A stretch of 64,000 bases of DNA from Candidatus Binatia bacterium (GCA_963664395.2 OY761159.2:3513710-3577709), one strand, 5' to 3'; positions 30,024 through 38,270 are shown, counted from the stretch's first letter. Translations and numbers: made by a program. Notes: a model not told the origin generated them from the sequence alone.

Positions 30024-30854
30024 ATGCGGGTTCGACGATTTTTACATGCTATTCTGGCGGTCACGGCCCTATGCCTGGCCTGGCAAATTATTGCGACCTG
30101 GAACCGGACTCCGCCCATTCCCGGCGTTTCGCCGAGCCCGACTCAAGAAGAGGCTGTGGCCCTCATTTCCCTGCCGGTCCGCTCTCCTCAGACGGGACAA
30201 CGTTTAGTCAAACAGATCACTGCCAAAGACCTGTTTTCGCCGGAACGCAAGCCGCGGGAGGTTGTCGTGCAAACCGCTCCGACAGCGCCTGTCGAACCGC
30301 CTTCTCATCTCAAGCTAGTCGGCGTCCTGCTGATACCGGGCCGGGAAGAAGCCTTTCTGGCGGACTCCAAACAGAAGAATAAAGTCACGCGGGTGCGGAA
30401 AGGGGAGTACATCGGCGAGTATTATCTCGCCACCCTGACCGCCGCGCACGCCACCCTCTCGCGTAGCTCGGACGGCGAAGAATTCGCCGTGCCGTTAACG
30501 CTGCTCGACAGTCAAAGCGCAAAGAAGCTCCCCCGGCTGACGCCCAAGAAAGCATCGGTCCGGAAAACGTCGGGACAAGCCCGGCAGGCTGGTCAGGCCG
30601 GTGGGGACGCCGCCCAACAAAAAGGCGAGGATGCGGGGCAGATTCGACAGAATATTCGACAATTGCAAAAACGACTGCGCCAGCTCCGGCGACAGGCGGC
30701 GCGTGATCGTCAGCCCAAGTCAGAGCCAGAGGCCAAGCCAAGTCAGAGGAACGCTAACGAGTGCGAGAGGCATACATGCGGATATGGCAGACACGGGAGA
30801 GGATGGTATGGACGAGGTGCCGGGCGGTTCTGCTCGCAGGTGTTTTCCTGCTGA
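30024..30854 (+). CDS. PilP/GspC-like periplasmic protein (membrane anchored)
   Basis: N-terminal TM segment, the segment 'KLVGVLLIPGREEAFLADSKQKNKVTRVRKGEYIGEYYLATL' and a K/R/Q-rich tail. The 3' end overlaps the secretin start. Confidence 0.45.
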   Translation: MRVRRFLHAILAVTALCLAWQIIATWNRTPPIPGVSPSPTQEEAVALISLPVRSPQTGQRLVKQITAKDLFSPERKPREVVVQTAPTAPVEPPSHLKLVGVLLIPGREEAFLADSKQKNKVTRVRKGEYIGEYYLATLTAAHATLSRSSDGEEFAVPLTLLDSQSAKKLPRLTPKKASVRKTSGQARQAGQAGGDAAQQKGEDAGQIRQNIRQLQKRLRQLRRQAARDRQPKSEPEAKPSQRNANECERHTCGYGRHGRGWYGRGAGRFCSQVFSC

Positions 30855-33004
30855 GTTCTTTCCTGCCGGGCCTTCCAGCGTCGGGCCGTGCTCAGACCGC
30901 TCCACCGGATCAACTTGATCAACTTGATCAACTTGATCGGATTGATTCCGGTGATCCGGCTGAGGTAACTGACAGTGAGGAAATGACCGACAGTGCTGAG
31001 GAGTGTGTCCCTGTTGGCGAGACGGAATTCATTGAGTTCAACTTTGAAGGGGCCGACATTCGAGAAGTGATCCAGGGGATGGCCGCCGGGCTGTGCATTC
31101 ACTATTCGATTGATCCTCGGGTGCAGGGAACGGTGACCATTCGGACGGCGAGCAAAATCAGTGGCCAGGATCTGTTCCCGCTGTTCCATCAGATCCTGCG
31201 TATCAATGGGATAGCCGCGGTGAAGGCCGGCGAAATCTACCATATTGCTCCGGTTGGAGAGGCAAAAACCAGGGTGCTGCTCATGCAGGAAAACACCCAG
31301 CGGTACGAAGCCTCCGCGCAGGACGAGTTCGTTATTGAACTGGTCAAGGTAGAGCATGTTGCGGTACAGAAAATCGTTGAAATCCTGCAACCCTTTGTCT
31401 CGCCCGGTGGCGGGGCGGTCGCGTACGCGCGTGGCAATCTGATCATCCTGACGGACCTGGCGTCGAACGTGGTGCGCCTCCGAGACCTGATCGCGACTTT
31501 TGATACCGATACGTTCCGGGAACTCCGCGCCCAGATATACCGGATTGAGCATGCCAATATCGAAGATATCGGCAAGGAGCTGGCCGCGATCCTCGAGCCC
31601 TACGGTGTGACGGTACAGAACATGGAAGAACGCGGGGTATATATTATTCCGCTCACTCGGCTGGACGCTATCGTCGTCATTGGCTTTAATGACGAGATTT
31701 TCAGTCAGATTGAGAAATGGATCAAAGTCCTTGACGTCCCACCCGAAAAAGGCGGCAGTCGCGTAGTCCAGGTCTATTCGGTCGAGAATACCAAGGCCGC
31801 CGACCTGGCCGGGGTGCTGGGTAATTTATACGGCGGCGGCGGAGGCCGAAGCAGCAGCGGGCGTGACCGGAAGAACGAGAATCGCCAGAATGAATCGGGG
31901 GAGGGGCTGGGCCGCAGCGGTGGGCTCGGGGGGCGAGGGTCACGAGGGGGCGGAACCCAGAGTCTCCTGATCGATCCCAAAGAAGACGAGAACCTGATAT
32001 TCAAGGAAGAAGTCAGAATTGTCGCGGACGAGATCTCGAACTCACTCATTATTCTCGCCACCCCCCGCGATTACGACAGAATCCGGGACGTGCTGGTCCG
32101 CATCGACGTGGTTCCGCGGCAGGTGCTGATTGAAGCCATCATTGCGGAGATAACGCTCAATGACGACTTGCAGTTCGGGCTCGAATACGCCTTTGCCAGC
32201 GGGGGCTTGAAGAACCTGTTCGGCTCCGTAGGAGGGGGCGGCTCAAGTGGCATTGGGGTCGGAGAAGAAGGGGGTCTGAGCATCGGCAATAGTGCGCTGC
32301 TCCAGTCCGGAGCAAAGCGGGCGGTCAATATCGGCAAGAATGGGCTTTTTTCTTTTATCACCGACCAGGAGCATTTTCTGGCCCTGATACACGCCGTCCA
32401 CGCCCGCTCCAAGGTGAATATCCTGGCGACGCCGCATGTGATTGCCGCAGATAATCGTGAGGCGCATATCCTGATCGGTGAAGAGGTGCCGATTCTGACC
32501 TCCACCCAACAGAGCACCCTGGCCAGCGCGAACATTGTGTCCAGCATCCAATATCGTGATACCGGCACGATCCTGACCATCCTGCCCCAGGTCAACTCGG
32601 CCGGGCTGGTGAATATGGAGATTCGCCAGGAAGTCAGCAACGTCGGGGTGACCTCGTTTGGCGATACCAACTCGCCCAGCTTCACTTCGCGTGAAACAGA
32701 AACAACCGTCGTCGTGCGCGACCGCGAGTCTGTCCTGATTGGCGGCATTATTGACGAACGGGTCGAGCGTTCCCGCAACGGCATTCCTTTTCTGATGGAC
32801 GTACCGGTCCTGGGCCGCCTCTTCCGGGTCGAACAGGACAAACGGGAACGGACCGAACTGATCATTCTCATTACGCCCTACGTCATTCGAGACCGGAACG
32901 AAGCACAAGCTGTGACTCAGGAGTTTACGAATCGGGTCGGCCGACTCCGAAAAATGATTGAAGGCGCCCGCCAGACCCAGCAGCCCGGCGCCGGCAAGAA
33001 GTAG
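30776..33004 (+). CDS. gspD: Secretin (GspD/PilQ family)
   Basis: Signal peptide, N domains and a secretin core ('NSLIILATPRDYDRIRDVLVRIDVVPRQVLIEAIIAEITLNDDLQFGLEY', 'GIPFLMDVPVLGRLF'). The start is ambiguous (30761, 30776 or 30803). Confidence 0.9.
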   Translation: MRIWQTRERMVWTRCRAVLLAGVFLLSSFLPGLPASGRAQTAPPDQLDQLDQLDRIDSGDPAEVTDSEEMTDSAEECVPVGETEFIEFNFEGADIREVIQGMAAGLCIHYSIDPRVQGTVTIRTASKISGQDLFPLFHQILRINGIAAVKAGEIYHIAPVGEAKTRVLLMQENTQRYEASAQDEFVIELVKVEHVAVQKIVEILQPFVSPGGGAVAYARGNLIILTDLASNVVRLRDLIATFDTDTFRELRAQIYRIEHANIEDIGKELAAILEPYGVTVQNMEERGVYIIPLTRLDAIVVIGFNDEIFSQIEKWIKVLDVPPEKGGSRVVQVYSVENTKAADLAGVLGNLYGGGGGRSSSGRDRKNENRQNESGEGLGRSGGLGGRGSRGGGTQSLLIDPKEDENLIFKEEVRIVADEISNSLIILATPRDYDRIRDVLVRIDVVPRQVLIEAIIAEITLNDDLQFGLEYAFASGGLKNLFGSVGGGGSSGIGVGEEGGLSIGNSALLQSGAKRAVNIGKNGLFSFITDQEHFLALIHAVHARSKVNILATPHVIAADNREAHILIGEEVPILTSTQQSTLASANIVSSIQYRDTGTILTILPQVNSAGLVNMEIRQEVSNVGVTSFGDTNSPSFTSRETETTVVVRDRESVLIGGIIDERVERSRNGIPFLMDVPVLGRLFRVEQDKRERTELIILITPYVIRDRNEAQAVTQEFTNRVGRLRKMIEGARQTQQPGAGKK

Positions 33005-33018
33005 AATCAGCCTTACAC

Positions 33019-33116
33019 ATCCCCTCCTTGGAGGGAAAGAGGAAACGTGTCCTCAACAGAGTAGGCAGATGTTGACACGTTTCCTCTTTGTGCCGCGTGA
33101 GCGGCGGGGTGGGTTT
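33019..33116. repeat. Family-A element (reverse orientation) split by a family-B hairpin (33037-33090)
   Basis: Reads tcccctccttggaggg | aaagaggaaacgtgtcctcaacagagtaggcagatgttgacacgtttcctcttt | gtgccgcgtgagcggcggggtgggtt. The same composite occurs at 38669-38766. Confidence 0.85.
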
Positions 33117-33140
33117 CTTCTGGGTTTCTTCTCTGGGGGG

Positions 33141-33212
33141 AAGCTAAGACAAAAGAGGCAGGGGGCAACCCACCCCGGCCCTTCGGGCCACCCCTCCAAG
33201 GAGGGGAGCAGA
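33141..33212 (+). repeat. Left copy of the direct repeat flanking the DUF559 gene
   Basis: Reads agctaagacaaaagaggcagggggcaacccaccccggcccttcgggccacccctccaaggaggggagcaga. Confidence 0.85.
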
Positions 33213-33216
33213 GATT

Positions 33217-33606
33217 ATGAAGCGGAAGATCGTGCCGTATAACCCGCGATTGAAGGAACTCGCTCGGCAACTTCGGAAGCAGATGACGCGGGCGGAGGCT
33301 CTGTTGTGGCAACAGCTCAAGGCACGGCAGATGGAGGGCTGTGACTTTGACCGACAGCGCCCTATCGATGAGTATATCGTGGACTTTTTTAGTAAGGACC
33401 TCATGCTGGCCATTGAGATTGATGGAGTAACACACGATACCGAAGCTGGACAGAAAAACGATCAGCGGAGGCAGAAACGCCTGGAAGCTCTGGGTGTCCG
33501 ATTTTTGCGCTTTCAGGATGAGGAGGTCAAGCAGAATCTGGAAGGAGTGTTGACGGTCATTCGGGGGTGGATCGGGAAGAATAAACCCACCCCTCCGAGG
33601 AGCTAA
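33217..33606 (+). CDS. DUF559 (Vsr-like) endonuclease-domain protein
   Basis: 129 aa with 'RAEALLWQQLKARQMEGCDFDRQRPIDEYIVDFFSKDLMLAIEIDGVTHD...RRQKRLEALGVRFLRF'. Confidence 0.85.
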   Translation: MKRKIVPYNPRLKELARQLRKQMTRAEALLWQQLKARQMEGCDFDRQRPIDEYIVDFFSKDLMLAIEIDGVTHDTEAGQKNDQRRQKRLEALGVRFLRFQDEEVKQNLEGVLTVIRGWIGKNKPTPPRS

Positions 33607-33663
33607 GACAAAGGGGCAACCCACCCCGGCCTACGGCCACCCCTCCAAGGAGGGGAGCAGAAC
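33600..33663 (+). repeat. Right copy of the direct repeat flanking the DUF559 gene (overlaps its stop codon)
   Basis: Reads agctaagacaaaggggcaacccaccccggcctacggccacccctccaaggaggggagcaga. Confidence 0.85.
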
Positions 33664-33712
33664 ACATCCCCTCTCGGTCAAGGCTCTCACTATCACCATA
33701 AGTGACATTTTT

Positions 33713-33932
33713 ATCCCCTCCTCGGAGGGGTGGCCCGCAGGGCCGGGGTGGGTTCCTGGCACGCCCTCACGAGGAAACCCACCCCGCCGCTACGCGGCAC
33801 CCCTCCTGGGAGGGGATGGTGAAGGGAGCGCTACGCGGCACCCCTCCTGGGAGGGGATGGTGAAGGGAGCGCTGCGCGGCACCCCCTTCGACTGGGCTCA
33901 GGACAGGCCCCCAAGAGGGGATGGTGAAGGGG
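33713..33932. repeat. Family-A cluster: one reverse copy, then three tandem 41-nt units, the third carrying a 23-nt family-C insertion
   Basis: The units start at 33789, 33830 and 33871. The repeated ggggATGgtgaaggg motif sits at 33816, 33857 and 33921, so the spacing is 41 and then 64 (41+23). Confidence 0.85.
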
Positions 33933-33983
33933 GATGCGGGTGACTGCTTGACAACCGAAACCGGGTTTGAACTAATACGCCAC

Positions 33984-34292
33984 ATGGCCGCCGCCGAAGA
34001 CACAAGCTGGGAATACACGTTAGGCCGCATTGATGAGCGGACCGAGAACCTGGAGAAGCGCGTTGATGAACGGTTCGAGAACCTGGAGAAGCGCATTGAT
34101 GAACGGTTCGAGAACCTGGAGAAGCGCATTGACGAGCGGTTCGAGCATGTGGAACAGCGTCTTGGACGTGTGGAGTTTGATGTGAAGGGTATTCAGAAGA
34201 CGATTGACGAGAAGATGCTCAACAAGACAACCTTCTTCACGTTTACCAGCGTTGGCGCCGGTCTCCTGGCCGCGATGATCGCGCTGAAGTAG
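33984..34292 (+). CDS. Tail-anchored coiled-coil protein with four 33-nt (11-aa) tandem repeats
   Basis: Contains 'IDERTENLEKRVDERFENLEKRIDERFENLEKRIDERFEHVEQRL' and a C-terminal TM segment 'TTFFTFTSVGAGLLAAMIAL'. The tracked ATG at 33921 lies inside a repeat unit, so the ATG at 33984 is preferred. The start is uncertain. Confidence 0.6.
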   Translation: MAAAEDTSWEYTLGRIDERTENLEKRVDERFENLEKRIDERFENLEKRIDERFEHVEQRLGRVEFDVKGIQKTIDEKMLNKTTFFTFTSVGAGLLAAMIALK

Positions 34293-34333
34293 CTGTTGTG
34301 AAACACTCCTGACTCAAGCCAACCCCTTTGCTA

Positions 34334-34363
34334 TTGACACCTTTTCCAAGAGTACACTATAGT
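34334..34363 (+). promoter_or_regulatory. Candidate sigma70 promoter
   Basis: TTGACA-N18-TATAGT lies about 30 nt upstream of the 34393 ORF. Confidence 0.45.
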
Positions 34364-34392
34364 AATTTCATAATGCGCAAGGCTTTACGGGA

Positions 34393-34869
34393 GTGGGAAA
34401 CGAGCACGTGGTGATGGAAAAGTCCGGACGCTACCAGCCAGCCATACGCGGCATCGTGGGGGGAGTTGTCCTAGTAGCAGCCCTGGCCGCATTCCTTGGG
34501 TCGAGTCAGTCCGAAGCCGGGATTAAACAACGGGCCACGGCGTTCTGGGAAGCCCGTATCCAGGGTGACGACTTGACAGCCTATCAATACGAAACCTATG
34601 CCCACACCGGAGAGCTGACCGCCACGCAATATATCCAGGCCCTGTCGCCGATGCTGAAATACATGGCTTACACCATCGACACCATCCAGGAGCAGGAAAA
34701 CGAAGCCTCGGTCACGGTCAATGTGCGATGCCGGATAGACATTCCGGGCATGCTTGACGTGCCCTTATCTATGCCGATAAAGGAGCGTTGGGTGCGTCTT
34801 GACGATAGCCAGTGGTACCGCAACGTCAAACCCGAAAAGCTCGGCAAGGCCGCCCGTCGGCAGGGCTGA
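34393..34869 (+). CDS. Hypothetical exported protein
   Basis: 158 aa with an N-terminal hydrophobic segment 'IVGGVVLVAALAAFLGSS' followed by a soluble domain. No family recognised. The start may be the ATG at 34414. Confidence 0.6.
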   Translation: MGNEHVVMEKSGRYQPAIRGIVGGVVLVAALAAFLGSSQSEAGIKQRATAFWEARIQGDDLTAYQYETYAHTGELTATQYIQALSPMLKYMAYTIDTIQEQENEASVTVNVRCRIDIPGMLDVPLSMPIKERWVRLDDSQWYRNVKPEKLGKAARRQG

Positions 34870-34877
34870 ATGTTTGC

Positions 34878-34906
34878 TTGACAGGGTATGGGATATTCAC
34901 TATGGT
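34878..34906 (+). promoter_or_regulatory. Candidate sigma70 promoter followed by a leader of about 190 nt
   Basis: TTGACA-N17-TATGGT. The next plausible start codon (35101, after aaaggagag) lies about 190 nt downstream. Confidence 0.45.
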
Positions 34907-35100
34907 GCTCAGCAATCACGCCACACGGGGAAAATCGAAAGGCAATATTGATGTTCGGGCCGGACCGGAAAGGGCCATATGAAGGAGGCGAGGTATTGGC
35001 GAACACTAACGAAAACAAGTCCCCGGTGCCAGGTGGATATATGAGCAACACGACACATAAAACAGAAGAAAGAAGTTTTCAGGAAGAAAGGAGAGACGTG

Positions 35101-36627
35101 ATGAAGATGAATAAAATGTTTACGGGCCTAATCGCGTTGGTGGCGGGCGTTGCCCTCTCGGCGGGGAGTGCCTTTGCAACCAAGGGTTACTACCATAGGT
35201 GACCCGGCCAGGATGAAACTGGTCCCTTATTATGAGACCGGAGAGCTCGCTGACCGCGATTGTCAATGTCCAGAACCTGTCGCCGCAAGAGGCCACTACT
35301 GCGGCTCTGCAATGGCTGTTACGGCTGCTCAGGCTGCATTGGATGCTCTTAATGATATGGAGTTGAGCCTGACCATGCAGATACAATGCGGGCTGATGCT
35401 GAGATGGCCCTTGCGGATGCTATGGATGCGCTTTACACCGAACACCTCTTCGTTGTCGTGAATGTCCACGACGCAATGGGTATGATGATGGAGGATGCGT
35501 CAGAGAACTGTGTCTGGCAGAGAACCAGTTCGGATATGTCATTCTCACGGGGTTTGAGATGATGCATGGCGGAGATATCCCCAACCGCAGCGCTTGGTGC
35601 TCTCGATGGGCTGGTGACATCCCCGCATACGGCTATGTGAAGTCATGGCGGAGGGTCAGAAATGGTACGGCTGCGAGGGCCGCCCCGGCGACCTGACGGA
35701 TGGAGGCAGGTTACTGAGCCAGATTGCTGAGTAGCGGATTGTAGGCACTGAGTCCATTTGGCCAGCTCGCCGCCTGGACCATGTCCAGGACACTGGCACT
35801 GGTGCTTCTTCGGGACGGAAGTGATCGACCCTGCTCGATGGACCATTCTCCAGGACGTTGGGAGTGGTTTCTTCGGGACGGAATTGCATGCCCGACTGGC
35901 CTGCTATACAATTACAATGATGGCGGATGAGATGCTGAGCCACTCGATGATGCTACTGCCTGCCCGAATGATGCTACCGCTAAGTGTGACCCAGCAATAT
36001 GACAATAGGAATCCGACTTCATGATCCGGTGCGGCTTGATTCCCGAACGGCATGATAACAGGGGCGATCTACCAATGCATGCGACGGTACTGGGACTGAC
36101 TATGCCGCTGTCTGATGATGCGAGGCAACCACTCCTCGACTCCATGGTCATGCCATCGCCCGGTACGATACTGGGGCTGATGATTCCATGTCTTTGTGTG
36201 GTTGGCAACAGGCCACGACGATGAGGATGCCCCATGCGAGCGATGTCCCGGCCCGCTTGCGTAATCGTGATGCGAAGACGGGACGATGGCATGATTCCAG
36301 GGGACCATGTATCGCCGGGTGATGATGGCCCATCGCAAGTCCCCGCCCCGACCATAAGGTCACCATGATAGACCCGATGGTGATGCTGGGTCATGTACAC
36401 CGACATGTGATGCGGGCGACCGCGGTGTGCTGCGAATCACGATGCCGGATGGCAGCCACGCCGGCATGGTGTGGACCCATATCTCTCAGATGAATGGAAC
36501 AACTTCCGCATGAACTTCCCTGGGTACAACATGGCCAATCCGATGCCTGATGAGATGGGTGTTGCTGACGTGAGGCTGATGGAAACTGAGGTGGCTGCGG
36601 CCGCCTGCATGGCCCGTAACTCATCGT
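35101..36627 (+). pseudogene. Decayed gene for a secreted protein with a Met/His/Asp-rich C-terminal half (multiple frameshifts)
   Basis: A good RBS and the signal peptide 'MKMNKMFTGLIALVAGVALSAGSAFA' are present. Protein-like segments then hop between all three + frames ('KLVPYYETGE', 'TAIVNVQNLSPQE', 'HLFVVVNVHDAMG', 'ENQFGYVILTGFE', 'MNFPGYNMANPMPDEMGVADVRLMETEV'). The gene ends at a stop directly before a strong terminator. No ORF over 105 codons exists across 1.5 kb. Confidence 0.5.
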
Positions 36628-36682
36628 AACACGGCTCTAACAGAAGGAGGCAAGGGTTTCGGCCCTTGCCTCCTTTTTTTGT
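36626..36682 (+). terminator. Rho-independent terminator, family-E module copy 1
   Basis: ggaggcaaggg-tttcgg-cccttgcctcc followed by T8. The conserved 5' flank is taacacggctc. Confidence 0.75.
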
Positions 36683-36820
36683 GTGTGATTGTCGGGCAGG
36701 ACGAGGAGAAGGGGGTATGCGATGACCGGCTATGAAGAACCGGCCATGCGTGCGGCCCTGGCCCTGGAAGCGGCCAACCAATCCAATTGGGCAGAGATTG
36801 CCGGCGTCATGCTCATATAA

Positions 36821-36965
36821 ACTCCCCCCCCCCCCAGATATTTTCGATTAAAAGGCAGATAGATTCTCCATCCCCTCTTGGGAGGGGTGCCGCGTAGCAC
36901 CTGTCCTGAGCCGAGTCGAAGCCTGTCCTGAGCCCTAGTCGAAGGGGGGCGGGGTGGGTTTCGTC
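36821..36965. repeat. Family-D element (with a C12 tract) fused to a reverse family-A element containing two tandem 23-nt family-C units
   Basis: Reads actc(C12)agatattttcgattaaaaggcagatagattctccatcccctcttgggaggggtgccgcgtagc | acctgtcctgagccgagtcgaag | cctgtcctgagccctagtcgaag | gggggcggggtgggtt. Confidence 0.85.
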
Positions 36966-37072
36966 ATCTCGCACCACCGGGCTGTCTTCACGTAAGCCCT
37001 CTAGCCCTTGACGCTGTTTTGTGCTCTGCTCTATTCTCAAATGCACAGAAGGAGAAAGGGAGGACGTACCGT

Positions 37073-37297
37073 ATGACCCGTAAACGACCTGATGGCACGA
37101 CGGAAGGAATGCGGGCGCTCAGTGTGTCGGAGGGGAGGGGTGAAGCAGAAGCAAAAAAAATAGGGCGGAAGGCCCCTGTGGATTCCACGGAAGACGATTA
37201 CGATTACATGATTGGGCAGGCGTGCGTTCGGGATTTGAAAGCTGGGCGCACCCACATCGTTCCTGACGAAGAATGGTTGCTGCGATTGATGAGCTGA
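37073..37297 (+). CDS. ORF in the antitoxin position; its 3' third looks like the displaced N-terminus of the RelE-like toxin
   Basis: The ATG at 37073 follows aaagggagga. The tail '...MIGQACVRDLKAGRTH' resembles the 'A.RDLKKL' start of RelE/ParE toxins. Confidence 0.35.
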   Translation: MTRKRPDGTTEGMRALSVSEGRGEAEAKKIGRKAPVDSTEDDYDYMIGQACVRDLKAGRTHIVPDEEWLLRLMS

Positions 37298-37467
37298 AGT
37301 CTCCTGACGTGAGTCATAAGAAGGTGAAGAAGCTCAAAGGGCGGAAGAAGGGAGAACCACCGATCTACCGAGTCCGTGCTGGAAATTATCGGGCGTTGTA
37401 CACGGTTGATGAGAATGATGGCGTGACCATCCTGCATATCCGTCACAGAAGCGACGCCTACAAGTAG
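37208..37467 (+). pseudogene. RelE/ParE-family toxin interrupted by one frameshift near 37262-37270
   Basis: The downstream frame reads 'RRMVAAIDELKSPDVSHKKVKKLKGRKKGEPPIYRVRAGNYRALYTVDENDGVTILHIRHRSDAYK', which is the RelE core. The N-terminal part lies in the other frame. Confidence 0.6.
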
Positions 37468-37474
37468 AATACCA

Positions 37475-37500
37475 AAAGCCCGGTCACATGGCCGGGCTTT
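37475..37500. terminator. Hairpin after the RelE remnant
   Basis: aaagcccgg-tcacatg-gccgggcttt. Confidence 0.5.
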
Positions 37501-37540
37501 CTATCTCCACCACCTCCCATGGGCTAGGGTGGGCAGAAGC

Positions 37541-37612
37541 TACTAACATCACCCCTAACACGGCTCAGACACACGGAGGCAAGGGTTGCGGCCCTTACCT
37601 CCTTTTTTTGTC
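37541..37612 (+). terminator. Family-E terminator module copy 2
   Basis: taacatcacccctaacacggctcagacacacggaggcaagggttgcggcccttacctcc followed by T7. Confidence 0.7.
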
Positions 37613-37665
37613 CGCGATCAGACGCGTATTTTGCTGGCAATAAAGACTTGGTGGCGGAGGAGAAA

Positions 37666-37693
37666 TGAAAAAGCCCGGCTGATTGGCCGGGCT
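37666..37693 (-). terminator. Rho-independent terminator of the minus-strand coiled-coil gene
   Basis: The minus strand reads agcccggc-caatca-gccgggct followed by TTTTT. Confidence 0.6.
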
Positions 37694-37713
37694 ACAATGT
37701 TCGCAATGCCTGT

Positions 37714-37953
37714 CTACTCTGGTAGAAACTTTGCCGCCAGGGCGCCGAGAGAGAGCAACAAGGCTATCACGCTCACAAAAACACTGTTCTTGCCTTTGGT
37801 CGCCTCGTGTTTCGCCTCTTCCACTTCTGCTTTCGTCGCAATATGAGGGAGGGTCGCTTCTATTTTGGCAAGGCTCACTTTTATATCAGTGACATCCGCC
37901 TTCATTTCATGGATGTCTGTTTCTATCCGCTGAAGGCGTTCATCTGTCTCCAT
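37714..37953 (-). CDS. Tail-anchored coiled-coil protein
   Basis: 79 aa: 'METDERLQRIETDIHEMKADVTDIKVSLAKIEATLPHIATKAEVEE...' with a C-terminal TM segment 'SVFVSVIALLLSLGALAAKF'. It has the RBS agagggaagag and an AT-rich upstream region. Confidence 0.6.
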   Translation of the reverse strand: METDERLQRIETDIHEMKADVTDIKVSLAKIEATLPHIATKAEVEEAKHEATKGKNSVFVSVIALLLSLGALAAKFLPE

Positions 37954-38034
37954 GATCTCTTCCCTCTATCACATTATTCATCCGCATACCTTATAATACA
38001 TAAACTATTGTGCAAGAACCTGCTATGCGGTCCA

Positions 38035-38270
38035 ACTCCCCCCAGATATCTTCGATTAAAAGGCAGATAGATTCCCCATCCCCTCTTTGTGCCGCGTAGG
38101 GGCGGGGTGGGTTTCGTAGTTTCGCCGCGCTGCCCGAACGAAGAGGGAACCCACCCCGGCCTGCGGCCACCCCTCCAAGGAGGGGAGTATCCACCCCGGC
38201 CTGCGGCCACCCCTCCAAGGAGGGGAGCTGGAGGGTCTTGGCTTTGTGTTCTGCCGGGCGAGTTGGTAGG
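38035..38270. repeat. Composite repeat module: family D (C6 tract), A reverse, spacer, two tandem A forward copies, and a shared 43-nt leader
   Basis: The leader ctggagggtcttggctttgtgttctgccgggcgagttggtagg (38228-38270) recurs at 38839-38881. Confidence 0.85.

Noticed and set aside
33789-33932. Possible CRISPR array, suggested by the regularly repeated 41-nt units here and the tandem family-A copies at 38145-38230.
   Set aside because: The units are directly contiguous with no unique spacers. The unit sequence is the dispersed family-A element found in both orientations elsewhere. No cas genes are present in the window.
35101-36627. Alternative genetic code, selenocysteine or programmed recoding as an explanation for the stop-rich regions (also 54150-56774).
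   Set aside because: The interruptions are frame changes, not a single reassigned stop codon. All three stop codons occur. Neighbouring genes translate normally with the standard code. No slippery heptamer or SECIS-like context was seen at the switch points.
36722-36820. 32-codon ORF 'MTGYEEPAMRAALALEAANQSNWAEIAGVMLI' with an upstream GGAG-like motif.
   Set aside because: It is too short, and without comparative or expression support it cannot be called. It may be a fragment.
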